A DNA stretch of 64,000 nt, from positions 842 to 64,841 of the forward strand of contig CALWDY010000014.1 in assembly GCA_944376825.1 (NCBI GenBank), written 5' to 3'. Under the pieces are notes generated by a model. The model worked only from the letters and a program-made list of their open reading frames with translations. It searched no databases and was not told the origin of the DNA. Positions 9,115-17,717 of the stretch are shown in pieces. Origin of the DNA: an uncultured Clostridia bacterium (GTDB lineage: Bacteria > Bacillota > Clostridia > Christensenellales > UBA1242). The position numbers were made by a program, and so were the translations under genes. Numbering within the stretch: the stretch's first letter is position 1; every line of letters starts with the position of its first letter.

Positions 9115-12100
9115 TTATTTATAAGATTGCATTTTCTTTTTTGAAACAACCATATAAACTATTGAACCTGCAAGTACAAGTACTGCAACGCAACAAAGAA
9201 CAATTGTGATTACTTCGTTTGTTGTTACACCAGAATTTCCTGGTTCGTTTACTGTAAATTCCCTAACTACAGGCACTGCCTCATTTCCTGCATCATCTAC
9301 TGCTGTAAATGTTACTGTATATATACCTGCTGTTTCTATGCTATATTCAAATTTACCATTGTCTTCATCTTCGTGAATGTTTTTAATTTCAACACCTGTT
9401 GTTGTATTTTTTACAACAATCTTAATATCATTTGCAGACATTCCTTGTGTGATGTTATCTTCAACAGTGATTTTACTTAGGTCAATAGACAATATTGTAT
9501 CAATCTTAACTGTGCTTGAAACTATATCATCTTTAACATCTACAACAGGTTTAACCAAATCACCAACTTTAATTGTGTGAGTTACAACTGTTGAATTTTT
9601 GTTTGTTGATTTATCATAAACAGTATAAGTTACTGTATATTGTTCATTATAGTTTAATGTTACATACAAATTTCCAGCATTTGGATGTTCTCTTTCTTCT
9701 GGAAGAAGTGTTCCAGCTGCAATTTGTTGTTCTTCTTCAAGCCACAAACCATATTGATTTAATAGGTCTGCCATTTCGCTACCTTTAATTGTTCTTGTGT
9801 ATGATTTTGAAGAAATAACAATTTTAGAAGAATCTAAGTCTATTCCCGAAATGTCGCTTGCACTAAATACAGGAATTAAAACTTTGCTTCCAACTTCATA
9901 AGAGTCATTTAAGTTCCATTCAACTCTTACATCTGGATTTGTTGTGTCGCTTACTTCAACCTTAAATTCTTTTCTTTCACTTTCAACTTCAACGCTGTCT
10001 ACATAAAGTGAATATACAATTGTGTATGTTCCTGCTTTCTTAGGTGTAAATGTTTCTTTGTTTAATTGGCTTCCAACTGGACCAATAACATTTACTTCAT
10101 AACTCAAATCTCCTGAGCCTGTGAGTTCTGGAACAGGAAGTGTAATAGATTCTCCAAGTTCAAGTTTTCCATCACTAAGTGCTTCTGGAAGATTGCTAAA
10201 TCTTGGTTCATCAACAACTGCTTTTTCTGCAACATTTACTGTTTGATAAATATATGTTTTGTTGTTTCCTGCATCTGTTATTTCATAAACAACATTGTAG
10301 TCGCCTGCAAGTGTTGCATAGAATTTTGCACCACTTAGTGTGTATGTTTGTGCACTTGATGACCTAATAATTGTAGCATTTTCAACATCGAAGTCTTGTG
10401 TTTTAATTTCTCCATCAACTTCTTGAGTGTGAGTTACTGTGATATTTACATCAACATAATCAACAAGGTCATCAGTAAGTGTAAGTGTTGGCAAAACAAC
10501 TTCATCATTTTGTTCATATGGACCAGCCCAATCAGAAAGACTTGTAATAGTTGGTCTTGAAGTATCTTTGTTGTCTTTGATCAAGATATCAACTTCATCA
10601 TATCCATATTTAAAGCCATTATATGCTTCAATATTATTATCAGCATTTGTTTCCAATTCTGTAAGAGGTGCGTCGTTTTCAGTTTTTGCTCTTATTTTTA
10701 ATGATGTTGCACCTTCTTTATCAACAACAATTTCATATTTTCCATCTTCATTTGCTTCAAGAACTGTCCAATTTGCATCGTTGTCATACTTATACATAAC
10801 TTGTGTGTAAAGTCTGTCATCGTTTTCATCGCTTGCAACAGGTTTATTAAATATAATTTTCTCTCCTGTTGATACAGATTTAGAAAATGTGTCTTTAAAT
10901 TCAACAGTTGGCGCTTTTGTAAATTCAAAATTAGAATCAACTTTAAATGAATAATTTAATGTTACAGTGTTTCCTGCGCTATCTTTTGCTTTGTAATAAG
11001 CAGTATATGTTCCATCTTCAAGTTTATCTATCCCAAGGTTTTTTGCATCAACCATTGTTTCTGGATTAAAAGCAAAGTCATCTGTTCTGTTAAATACGAT
11101 ATCTTTTGTAAATATTGACTCATCATCTTGTGAAGCATCTGTATAAATATCATCTGATGAACTTGATTGAGATGTGCTTCTAATATATCTTACAAGTTCC
11201 ATATCGCTTAACTTATCAGAAAGATCTTTTGCAAAAATTGCTTTTAAAACAATATTTTTACCATTAGTAAAATTATTTTGAAGTTTATATTCAACATTTT
11301 CAATGTTTTCAGTGTTATCTGTTGTATATGGATCTGCAACTATAACCGTAGGTGCTTTTGTATCTTTTACACCACTTATTTCAAACCCTGTTTTTTCTGC
11401 TTTTTTACCAAGTGCATCTGTTACATTGTAATAGAACAAATATCTGCCATTGTCAACAGTGTAAGTTTGTCCATCAATAACATAAGTTTTTTGTGCAGTA
11501 AATTTATTTCCATCTATTGTTTGGCTTGTTACATCAACCGTTCTTCCATCAATATAAACATATGCTTCTATTGTGTAGTAAACTGGTGTTGTTTCAGCAC
11601 CCATTTTACCAATTGGAGTTGGCAATTCAATTTCTTCTCCAATATCTGCACTTGTGTTTACTGTTTTAGAATATTCAAACTTTAATTCATAATCTTTGCC
11701 ATATTCTTTTTCAAATTGAGTGTCAGACAAAACAGTAAATTCTTCTGTTCTTGTATTTAAATATACACCTTCACTTGTTTTTGCATCAAATCTAACTGAA
11801 TATGTGCCTTCTTCAAGTGAGTCAAAATTTAATAGTCCAGTTTCTGCATTAAATGACAAAGTTTTTTGTGATGGTGTTGTTATTGTTGTTGTAATTGTAT
11901 AGTCTGTTTCAACTTCCTCGTCTGCAAATTCTACTTCTGCTTGTGGAATATAAATTTCCCCATCGTAACTTTGCCATACATATTTTGGAAGTGTTCTTTT
12001 GGTGTTTTCAACAATATTTATTGTGTTTACACCAACTTGTCCATTTACTGTTACAGTTGCAGTGTATTCTTTTTCTGCATTTTCAATTTTATAATTGATG

Positions 12101-12444
12101 GTATAATTACCTATTCTTGTAATTTCAAACTTTCCTTCAACAACATCAACACTTTCGCCAATTGGACTTAAAACCGTGTAATTTGTTTGATTTAAAACAA
12201 TTGGGTCTGCTCCGTTTACAACTAATCTTGCTGTTGGTACTGTGTACATTGATCCAACAAGTGCTGTTGAGTTTTGTCCATCTACTTCAAGCATTGTGAG
12301 TGTGCTTTCTGTTTGCTCTGCGTAAACAGTTTTGTTTGGTGTTTCATAACTATTTGGCAACACTACCGCATTTACGCCAGTAGCGGCTAATGTTGAAGTG
12401 GTTAATAATGCAACCATGCAAGCCTTTTTCATTGATTTTTTCAT
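9115..12444 (-). CDS. Large membrane-anchored surface protein built of repeated Ig-like beta modules
   Basis: 1109 aa; N-terminal signal peptide MKKSMKKACMVALLTTSTLAATGVNA, C-terminal TM+KKKMQSYK stop-transfer; Thr/Val/Tyr/Asp-rich; recurring module boundaries DTKAPTV, DTSRPTI, DTTNPDV, DLVKPVV; AGGAG RBS. Confidence 0.75.
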   Translation of the reverse strand: MKKSMKKACMVALLTTSTLAATGVNAVVLPNSYETPNKTVYAEQTESTLTMLEVDGQNSTALVGSMYTVPTARLVVNGADPIVLNQTNYTVLSPIGESVDVVEGKFEITRIGNYTINYKIENAEKEYTATVTVNGQVGVNTINIVENTKRTLPKYVWQSYDGEIYIPQAEVEFADEEVETDYTITTTITTPSQKTLSFNAETGLLNFDSLEEGTYSVRFDAKTSEGVYLNTRTEEFTVLSDTQFEKEYGKDYELKFEYSKTVNTSADIGEEIELPTPIGKMGAETTPVYYTIEAYVYIDGRTVDVTSQTIDGNKFTAQKTYVIDGQTYTVDNGRYLFYYNVTDALGKKAEKTGFEISGVKDTKAPTVIVADPYTTDNTENIENVEYKLQNNFTNGKNIVLKAIFAKDLSDKLSDMELVRYIRSTSQSSSSDDIYTDASQDDESIFTKDIVFNRTDDFAFNPETMVDAKNLGIDKLEDGTYTAYYKAKDSAGNTVTLNYSFKVDSNFEFTKAPTVEFKDTFSKSVSTGEKIIFNKPVASDENDDRLYTQVMYKYDNDANWTVLEANEDGKYEIVVDKEGATSLKIRAKTENDAPLTELETNADNNIEAYNGFKYGYDEVDILIKDNKDTSRPTITSLSDWAGPYEQNDEVVLPTLTLTDDLVDYVDVNITVTHTQEVDGEIKTQDFDVENATIIRSSSAQTYTLSGAKFYATLAGDYNVVYEITDAGNNKTYIYQTVNVAEKAVVDEPRFSNLPEALSDGKLELGESITLPVPELTGSGDLSYEVNVIGPVGSQLNKETFTPKKAGTYTIVYSLYVDSVEVESERKEFKVEVSDTTNPDVRVEWNLNDSYEVGSKVLIPVFSASDISGIDLDSSKIVISSKSYTRTIKGSEMADLLNQYGLWLEEEQQIAAGTLLPEEREHPNAGNLYVTLNYNEQYTVTYTVYDKSTNKNSTVVTHTIKVGDLVKPVVDVKDDIVSSTVKIDTILSIDLSKITVEDNITQGMSANDIKIVVKNTTTGVEIKNIHEDEDNGKFEYSIETAGIYTVTFTAVDDAGNEAVPVVREFTVNEPGNSGVTTNEVITIVLCCVAVLVLAGSIVYMVVSKKKMQSYK

Positions 12445-12685
12445 TATTGTGCTCCTATATATTATTTAACAAATAGAGTTTATACTATAACATTTTTTTT
12501 GTCAACGAATTGAATAAAAAATATAAACCATAAAAGCAAATTTAAAGTTGCAATCATTTTTATAAAAACAACAGCAAAATTAATAATCAACTTAAAACTT
12601 GTCGCATCTATTTGTTTTCGATATTATTTTTTGAACAAAATTTATATTTATGTTGTTTTTTTATGTCGAATATAGGGTTCTATTG

Positions 12686-12714
12686 TAAAAAAGACTGTAA
12701 CCCAAGTTACAGCC
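12686..12714 (-). terminator. Terminator of the Cys-rich micro-protein gene
   Basis: Minus strand GGCTGTAAC-TTGG-GTTACAGTC followed by TTTTTT. Confidence 0.7.
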
Positions 12715-12731
12715 TTCTTTAATTGTCGGTA

Positions 12732-12935
12732 TTAGTTGTTGCCACATGGTGTATTGCAGCCACAGCCACAGCAAGAGAGTAATAAAAGTAAGAATATAAT
12801 ATTCATACAATCGTTACCGCCACCGAAGCAACTGTTGTCGCAACCACAAATTTGCAATAAGAACAATAACCATATAAGTGAACAACAGTTGTTTGTTCCA
12901 TGTCCGCAGTTACCGAAACCACCAAAAAGATTCAT
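12732..12935 (-). CDS. 67-aa Cys/Gly-rich micro-protein with two hydrophobic segments (YjcZ-like tiny sporulation membrane protein?)
   Basis: MNLFGGFGNCGHGTNNCCSLIWLLFLLQICGCDNSCFGGGNDCMNIIFLLLLLSCCGCGCNTPCGNN: 12 Cys, 12 Gly; GGAGG 5 nt before ATG 12935 (track GTG start lies in the RBS); own terminator. Confidence 0.7.
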   Translation of the reverse strand: MNLFGGFGNCGHGTNNCCSLIWLLFLLQICGCDNSCFGGGNDCMNIIFLLLLLSCCGCGCNTPCGNN

Positions 12936-13048
12936 ATGTACCTCCACAAAAATTAAACTTAAATATGTAAATCATTTCATCTTTTGTGCTTCTCTTTTTT
13001 TTCCTTTGCTCATATCACTATATGAATTTGGTGATTTTTTGTTACAAA

Positions 13049-14116
13049 CTAATTTATATGTTTTATAATTTCTTGTTTTAATTCCTCAATTCCTATTTTA
13101 TTCTTTGCAGAAATATATACGCCGTCATTATTTTCAATGCTTTCAACTTTGTCGCATTTATTATAAACTTTTATTATAGGACAATTAATACCCAAATCAT
13201 CAAGAACTTTGTTTACAACTTCAACTTGACTTTGATAATGAGTATTGCTCACATCAATTACATGCAAAATAACATCAGCATCTCTCGCCTCATCAAGTGT
13301 TGAACTAAAAGCATCAACCAAATCATGTGGAAGTTTTGAAATAAACCCAACTGTGTCTGTTAAAATAATTTTTTTGCCTTCACAAAGCCAAACCGTTCTA
13401 CTTGTAGTATCAAGTGTTGCAAACAACTTGTCGTCAGCATATATCGATGCTTTTGTAATTAAATTTAAAAGCGTACTCTTGCCTGCATTTGTATAACCTA
13501 CAATTGCAACTTTACAAATTGAGTTCTCTTTTCTAGACTTTCTTTGAACTTCTCTGTTTTGTTTAATTTTTTCAAGTTCTTTTTCAAGTTTTAGTATGTT
13601 ATTTTGAGCAATTCTTCTGTTTATTTCAAGTTTTGTTTCACCTGGACCTCTCATTCCTACTCCACTTCCACCAAACTTTCCACTTGTCCCACTTATTCCA
13701 GCTAGCCTTGGAATGTTGTATTTAAGTTGGGCAAGTTCAACTTGTAATTTCCCTTCATTGCTGGTTGCCCTTTGAGCAAAAATGTCTAAAATTAATGTTA
13801 TTCTATCAATAACTTTAACATTAAATATGTCCGACAAATTTCTTGCCTGTGAACCACTTAATTCATAATCAACAACAACAACATTTGCACCATTTTTTTC
13901 TATTTCCTCTTTTATTTCTTCAACCTTACCAGTACCAATCAAAGTTGCCGAAGTAACTTGTCTTACAAGTTGATATGTTTTTCCAACAACATTAAGCCCA
14001 GCAGTTTCGCAAAGACTTTTTAGTTCTGTTAATGAAACATTTACATCTTCTTTATTAGAAAAAATCACCCCAACCAAATATGCCTTTTCTGTTATCTTTT
14101 TTGTCTCGTATGCCAT
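13049..14116 (-). CDS. hflX: GTPase HflX
   Basis: 355 aa; HflX N-domain + G-domain GYTNAGKSTLLN, DTVGF, NKCD; AAGGAG RBS. Confidence 0.92.
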   Translation of the reverse strand: MAYETKKITEKAYLVGVIFSNKEDVNVSLTELKSLCETAGLNVVGKTYQLVRQVTSATLIGTGKVEEIKEEIEKNGANVVVVDYELSGSQARNLSDIFNVKVIDRITLILDIFAQRATSNEGKLQVELAQLKYNIPRLAGISGTSGKFGGSGVGMRGPGETKLEINRRIAQNNILKLEKELEKIKQNREVQRKSRKENSICKVAIVGYTNAGKSTLLNLITKASIYADDKLFATLDTTSRTVWLCEGKKIILTDTVGFISKLPHDLVDAFSSTLDEARDADVILHVIDVSNTHYQSQVEVVNKVLDDLGINCPIIKVYNKCDKVESIENNDGVYISAKNKIGIEELKQEIIKHIN

Positions 14117-14177
14117 TTTTTGCTCCTTAAAATAAAACTAGTCAATTATAGCATAAAAAATCTATTAATTCAATAAT

Positions 14178-14855
14178 TTAACTTACAAATAAAACATCGC
14201 CACTAAAAACATCTATAACGGCATTTTTTGATTGCAAATTACTACTTTTAACCATAAACACCCAAAAATAGTTGGTTTCTTCATCAAATTTGTTATAAGC
14301 AATAGTTAAATAACATTCGCAAGATTTGTTATTTTTTGAATTTTCTTTTATAAAACTTTTTAAAGTGTCGAAACCCTTTTCAAGTGCCCTATAACAATTT
14401 ATTTTAAAAGAATTAGAAACACAATCAAGTTTTACATAACCATCATCAATATTCTCAATCAAAATTTCAATATTTGCATCATCTTTAAAAACACTGCCAA
14501 CATCACACATAAATGTTCCGTTAAAAGGATTTTTTTCTAAAATAAATATATATTCGTTGCCATTTAATTTAACAAAAGCATTTAAAGATTTTGCATAATT
14601 ATTATCACCAAAAAGTTTAATTGAAAAAATACCATATGCAATTTTGGGTGTGCTAATACCATTATATTCAAATGATTGTTCACGCTCACCAGAATAAAAC
14701 TCTGCAAAATACCTATCTGTTGTCTTCATAAAATAATTATGCTGTAATTGTGATGACATATTATACATTTGACTTCTGCCAAAATATAAATTTATGCATA
14801 ATAATCCCAATACACTTGCAAGAATAATGATTACAAAAATTAAATGTTTTTTCAT
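14178..14855 (-). CDS. Membrane-anchored hypothetical protein
   Basis: MKKHLIFVIIILASVLGLLCINLYF N-terminal anchor; no recognisable domain (C-terminal ..AVIDVFSGDVLFVS faintly PepSY-like); start chosen at Met7 of track ORF. Confidence 0.5.
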   Translation of the reverse strand: MKKHLIFVIIILASVLGLLCINLYFGRSQMYNMSSQLQHNYFMKTTDRYFAEFYSGEREQSFEYNGISTPKIAYGIFSIKLFGDNNYAKSLNAFVKLNGNEYIFILEKNPFNGTFMCDVGSVFKDDANIEILIENIDDGYVKLDCVSNSFKINCYRALEKGFDTLKSFIKENSKNNKSCECYLTIAYNKFDEETNYFWVFMVKSSNLQSKNAVIDVFSGDVLFVS

Positions 14856-14967
14856 AATGTAATATATTCTCATATTTAATAATATAGAAATAAATTATAA
14901 CAACAAACCTATTTAAAAAATTTGTATATTTATAAAATAAAGTATAAAATTACAATAAGGAGATTTT

Positions 14968-15891
14968 ATGACACTTAAAGAATATTATCAAGATGCCATA
15001 CAAAATGGCTACGCACTGGGTGCTTTTAATTTTTGCAATTTAGAAAGTTTAAAAGGAATTTTAAATGGGGCAACAAATCTAAATTCTCCCGTAATAGTTT
15101 CCGTATCTTCAAGCGCAATGAACCACATGGGAAAAGAATATTTAAAAGCTATGATAGTTGCAACTAAAAAAACTTACAACATACCTTTTTTCTTTCATTT
15201 AGACCACGGCAAAGATTTTGATATTTGCAAAACAGCAATAGACATTGGGTTTGACAGTGTTATGATTGATGGAAGTGGTTTGCCTTTTGAAGAAAATGTT
15301 AAACTCACTAAAAAAGTTGCAGATTATGCTCACAAATATAACATTCAAGTTGAAGGTGAACTTGGTAGACTATTAGGCGTTGAAGATGAACATGTAAGCA
15401 ATGAGAGCATTTTCACATCACCTGTCGAAGCAAAACTTTTTGTTGAAAAAACAGGTGTAGATTCATTGGCAATTGCAATAGGCACAAGTCATGGAATAAA
15501 TAAATTTGAAGGAGAGCCAAAACTTGCTTTTGATATTTTACAAAAAATACAAAATAACTTGCCAAACTTTCCTTTGGTTTTGCATGGAGCATCAAGTGTT
15601 GATGATAAAACTATTGATAAAATTAATATTTTAGGTGGAGAAATAAAAAAAGCAAAAGGTGTGCCAGGTGAAATGTTGAAAAAAGCATGTTCAAACTACA
15701 ATGTTTGTAAAATAAATGTTGACACAGATATTAGAATGGCTACAACCCTTGCTTTAAGAGAATACTTTCAAAATCATAGAGATAGTGTTGACACAAAAAA
15801 ATATTTTGCTTTTGCACAAGAAAAAATTACAGAACTTGTTGAATATAAAATAGAAAAAGTATTTAATTCAAAAGACAGAAAAAAAGACTAA
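14968..15891 (+). CDS. fba: Class II fructose-1,6-bisphosphate aldolase
   Basis: 307 aa; FFFHLDHGKD, LVLHGASSV, IGTSHG motifs; AAGGAG RBS. Confidence 0.93.
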   Translation: MTLKEYYQDAIQNGYALGAFNFCNLESLKGILNGATNLNSPVIVSVSSSAMNHMGKEYLKAMIVATKKTYNIPFFFHLDHGKDFDICKTAIDIGFDSVMIDGSGLPFEENVKLTKKVADYAHKYNIQVEGELGRLLGVEDEHVSNESIFTSPVEAKLFVEKTGVDSLAIAIGTSHGINKFEGEPKLAFDILQKIQNNLPNFPLVLHGASSVDDKTIDKINILGGEIKKAKGVPGEMLKKACSNYNVCKINVDTDIRMATTLALREYFQNHRDSVDTKKYFAFAQEKITELVEYKIEKVFNSKDRKKD

Positions 15892-15912
15892 GATTAATTC
15901 TTAGCCTTTTTC
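15880..15912. terminator. Short bidirectional hairpin spanning both convergent stop codons (fba / 555-aa gene)
   Basis: CTAAGA-TTAAT-TCTTAG flanked by A-run and T-run. Confidence 0.45.
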
Positions 15913-17568
15913 ATTTACAAAAGTTCTTGGAGTAAAAGCATTTTTGTCTATTTCCCTGTATATTGATTTTAAATTTTTGTTAAGAGCATTTGATACAAAT
16001 GATGAAAGCTTTTTACCGTATTTTTGTTCAACATATTCGTTGATTAAAGTCATAACACTTTTCCCATCTTTTTTCTCAATTACTTCTTTATTGCCAAATA
16101 ATTCTTCTAAAATATCTTTTCTTAAATCCACAAAACTTTTTGCAAAAGAATGTGCGTAATTGTTGTCTTCAACTTCCCTGCTCTCATTTAATTCACTATT
16201 TAAAATTTCCTCAATTTTCAATTTGTCCACATCCTTGTTTTTATTATAAAACGACAGCATGTGTTCCAAAAAGTTATAATGCCTGTTTAAGTTTGCTAAT
16301 TTTTTATCACCTTCATCACCTAAAATGATTTTTCCAACAGATTTATCTATTTGTTTCTTTAAATTAGATTCAATAACTTTATCAATATATTTCTTTGCAC
16401 TGTTTTTGGTTAAATTTGTTTTTGCATCTTTAACACCAATAAGTCTTGTCTTATCTGCATATTTATCATTGCTTTCATCTTTTTTCTGTTCATTGTTTTG
16501 TTTCAAATTTTCATCTTCTGCTTTAATCAAATTTTCATTTAAAGCATATTTTGGCAAAAGTGCTTCTTCTATTGAAGTTGGCATAACATCATATTTATAA
16601 CCGGCATTCATTACACTTTTCTTTATGTCTTCTAGTGTCAATCCCAAATTTTTTATAGTGGTGAGTGCAACATTAAAACCAATTTTTGAAGCTTCGTTTA
16701 ATTCACTATTAGACATATCAAGTCCTGCCAATACATTTGACATTTGAAGTGTTAAACTGTCTTCAATTTTTCTATTGGTTTCAGGATCACCATAATCAAT
16801 TGCTCTGGAAAGCAATACTTCTGCGTATAATCTACTAAAAAACAATTCCTTGCTAGACAAATTCGACCTTAATTTTTTTGCCGCAATAGATGTTGTTGTT
16901 GAAAGTATGCCATCTAATATTTTTGTAAATTTTTCTTGTTCGGAAATTTTATACATAGAGTTATTATCAAACACTAAATTATTGTTTATAACTATTTTCC
17001 CTCTGTATGATGACATTGTTGATAATTTAGATTTTTTGAAAAGTTTTCTGCAAAGATTTAAAGCCCCATAAGCAAAATTTTTTATCATTGCTTTTATTTT
17101 ATTTTCTTTTTTAAATCTATATAGTTCACTTTTATCATTTTTTTCAACAATCTTTACTTTGTAAACATCTTTAATTTTTTTAACAAGTTCATTATATTTT
17201 GGAAATGTTTTTTTTGAAAACAATATGTTTTTAGATGCAAAAGAACTGCATAAAGGATATCTTAACTGTCCATAAAATTGTTCACTTTCTTTTAAAGCAA
17301 AACAAGAATATTTATTATCGCATACAGGACTGAGAGATGTTCTAATATCTTTTAAAGGAGAACTAAACTCGTTCCATTCTTTTACCGTTTTAAGTCCCGA
17401 ATTAAAAACCTCACCAATTCTTGATGATTGAAGTCGTGTTATTATTTGATCTATGCTTAAATCTCTATATTTTCCAAGCAAAAAAATTGCATCTTCACCA
17501 GTCGATTGATAATCTTTCAAATCATTTTTCATAGCAACAGACAAACTATTTGAGTTTAATATATTCAT
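15901..17568 (-). CDS. Hypothetical soluble protein (555 aa) downstream of the VirB4-like ATPase
   Basis: No TM/signal, Lys/Asn/Glu-rich, no motif recognised; ATG 17568 preceded by GGAGGAAAT (track start 17628 has none). Confidence 0.55.
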   Translation of the reverse strand: MNILNSNSLSVAMKNDLKDYQSTGEDAIFLLGKYRDLSIDQIITRLQSSRIGEVFNSGLKTVKEWNEFSSPLKDIRTSLSPVCDNKYSCFALKESEQFYGQLRYPLCSSFASKNILFSKKTFPKYNELVKKIKDVYKVKIVEKNDKSELYRFKKENKIKAMIKNFAYGALNLCRKLFKKSKLSTMSSYRGKIVINNNLVFDNNSMYKISEQEKFTKILDGILSTTTSIAAKKLRSNLSSKELFFSRLYAEVLLSRAIDYGDPETNRKIEDSLTLQMSNVLAGLDMSNSELNEASKIGFNVALTTIKNLGLTLEDIKKSVMNAGYKYDVMPTSIEEALLPKYALNENLIKAEDENLKQNNEQKKDESNDKYADKTRLIGVKDAKTNLTKNSAKKYIDKVIESNLKKQIDKSVGKIILGDEGDKKLANLNRHYNFLEHMLSFYNKNKDVDKLKIEEILNSELNESREVEDNNYAHSFAKSFVDLRKDILEELFGNKEVIEKKDGKSVMTLINEYVEQKYGKKLSSFVSNALNKNLKSIYREIDKNAFTPRTFVNEKG

Positions 17569-17717
17569 ATTTCCTCCGTTTTTTATATTATAACATTTAA
17601 TTATTGATTTTTCAATACCTTTACTCAAAATTTTATTAATATACCAAACAAATGAATATTAAAATAACAATATATGATATGAATGTATAAAAAATAAAAA
17701 AACCTAAAAAGGTTTTT

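Noticed and set aside
12736-13068. 110-aa Pro/Gln-rich + strand ORF overlapping the Cys-rich micro-protein
   Set aside because: It has no RBS. The minus-strand ORF has GGAGG-N5-ATG and a terminator in the correct orientation. The plus-strand ORF is a mirror product of GC-rich Cys/Gly codons.
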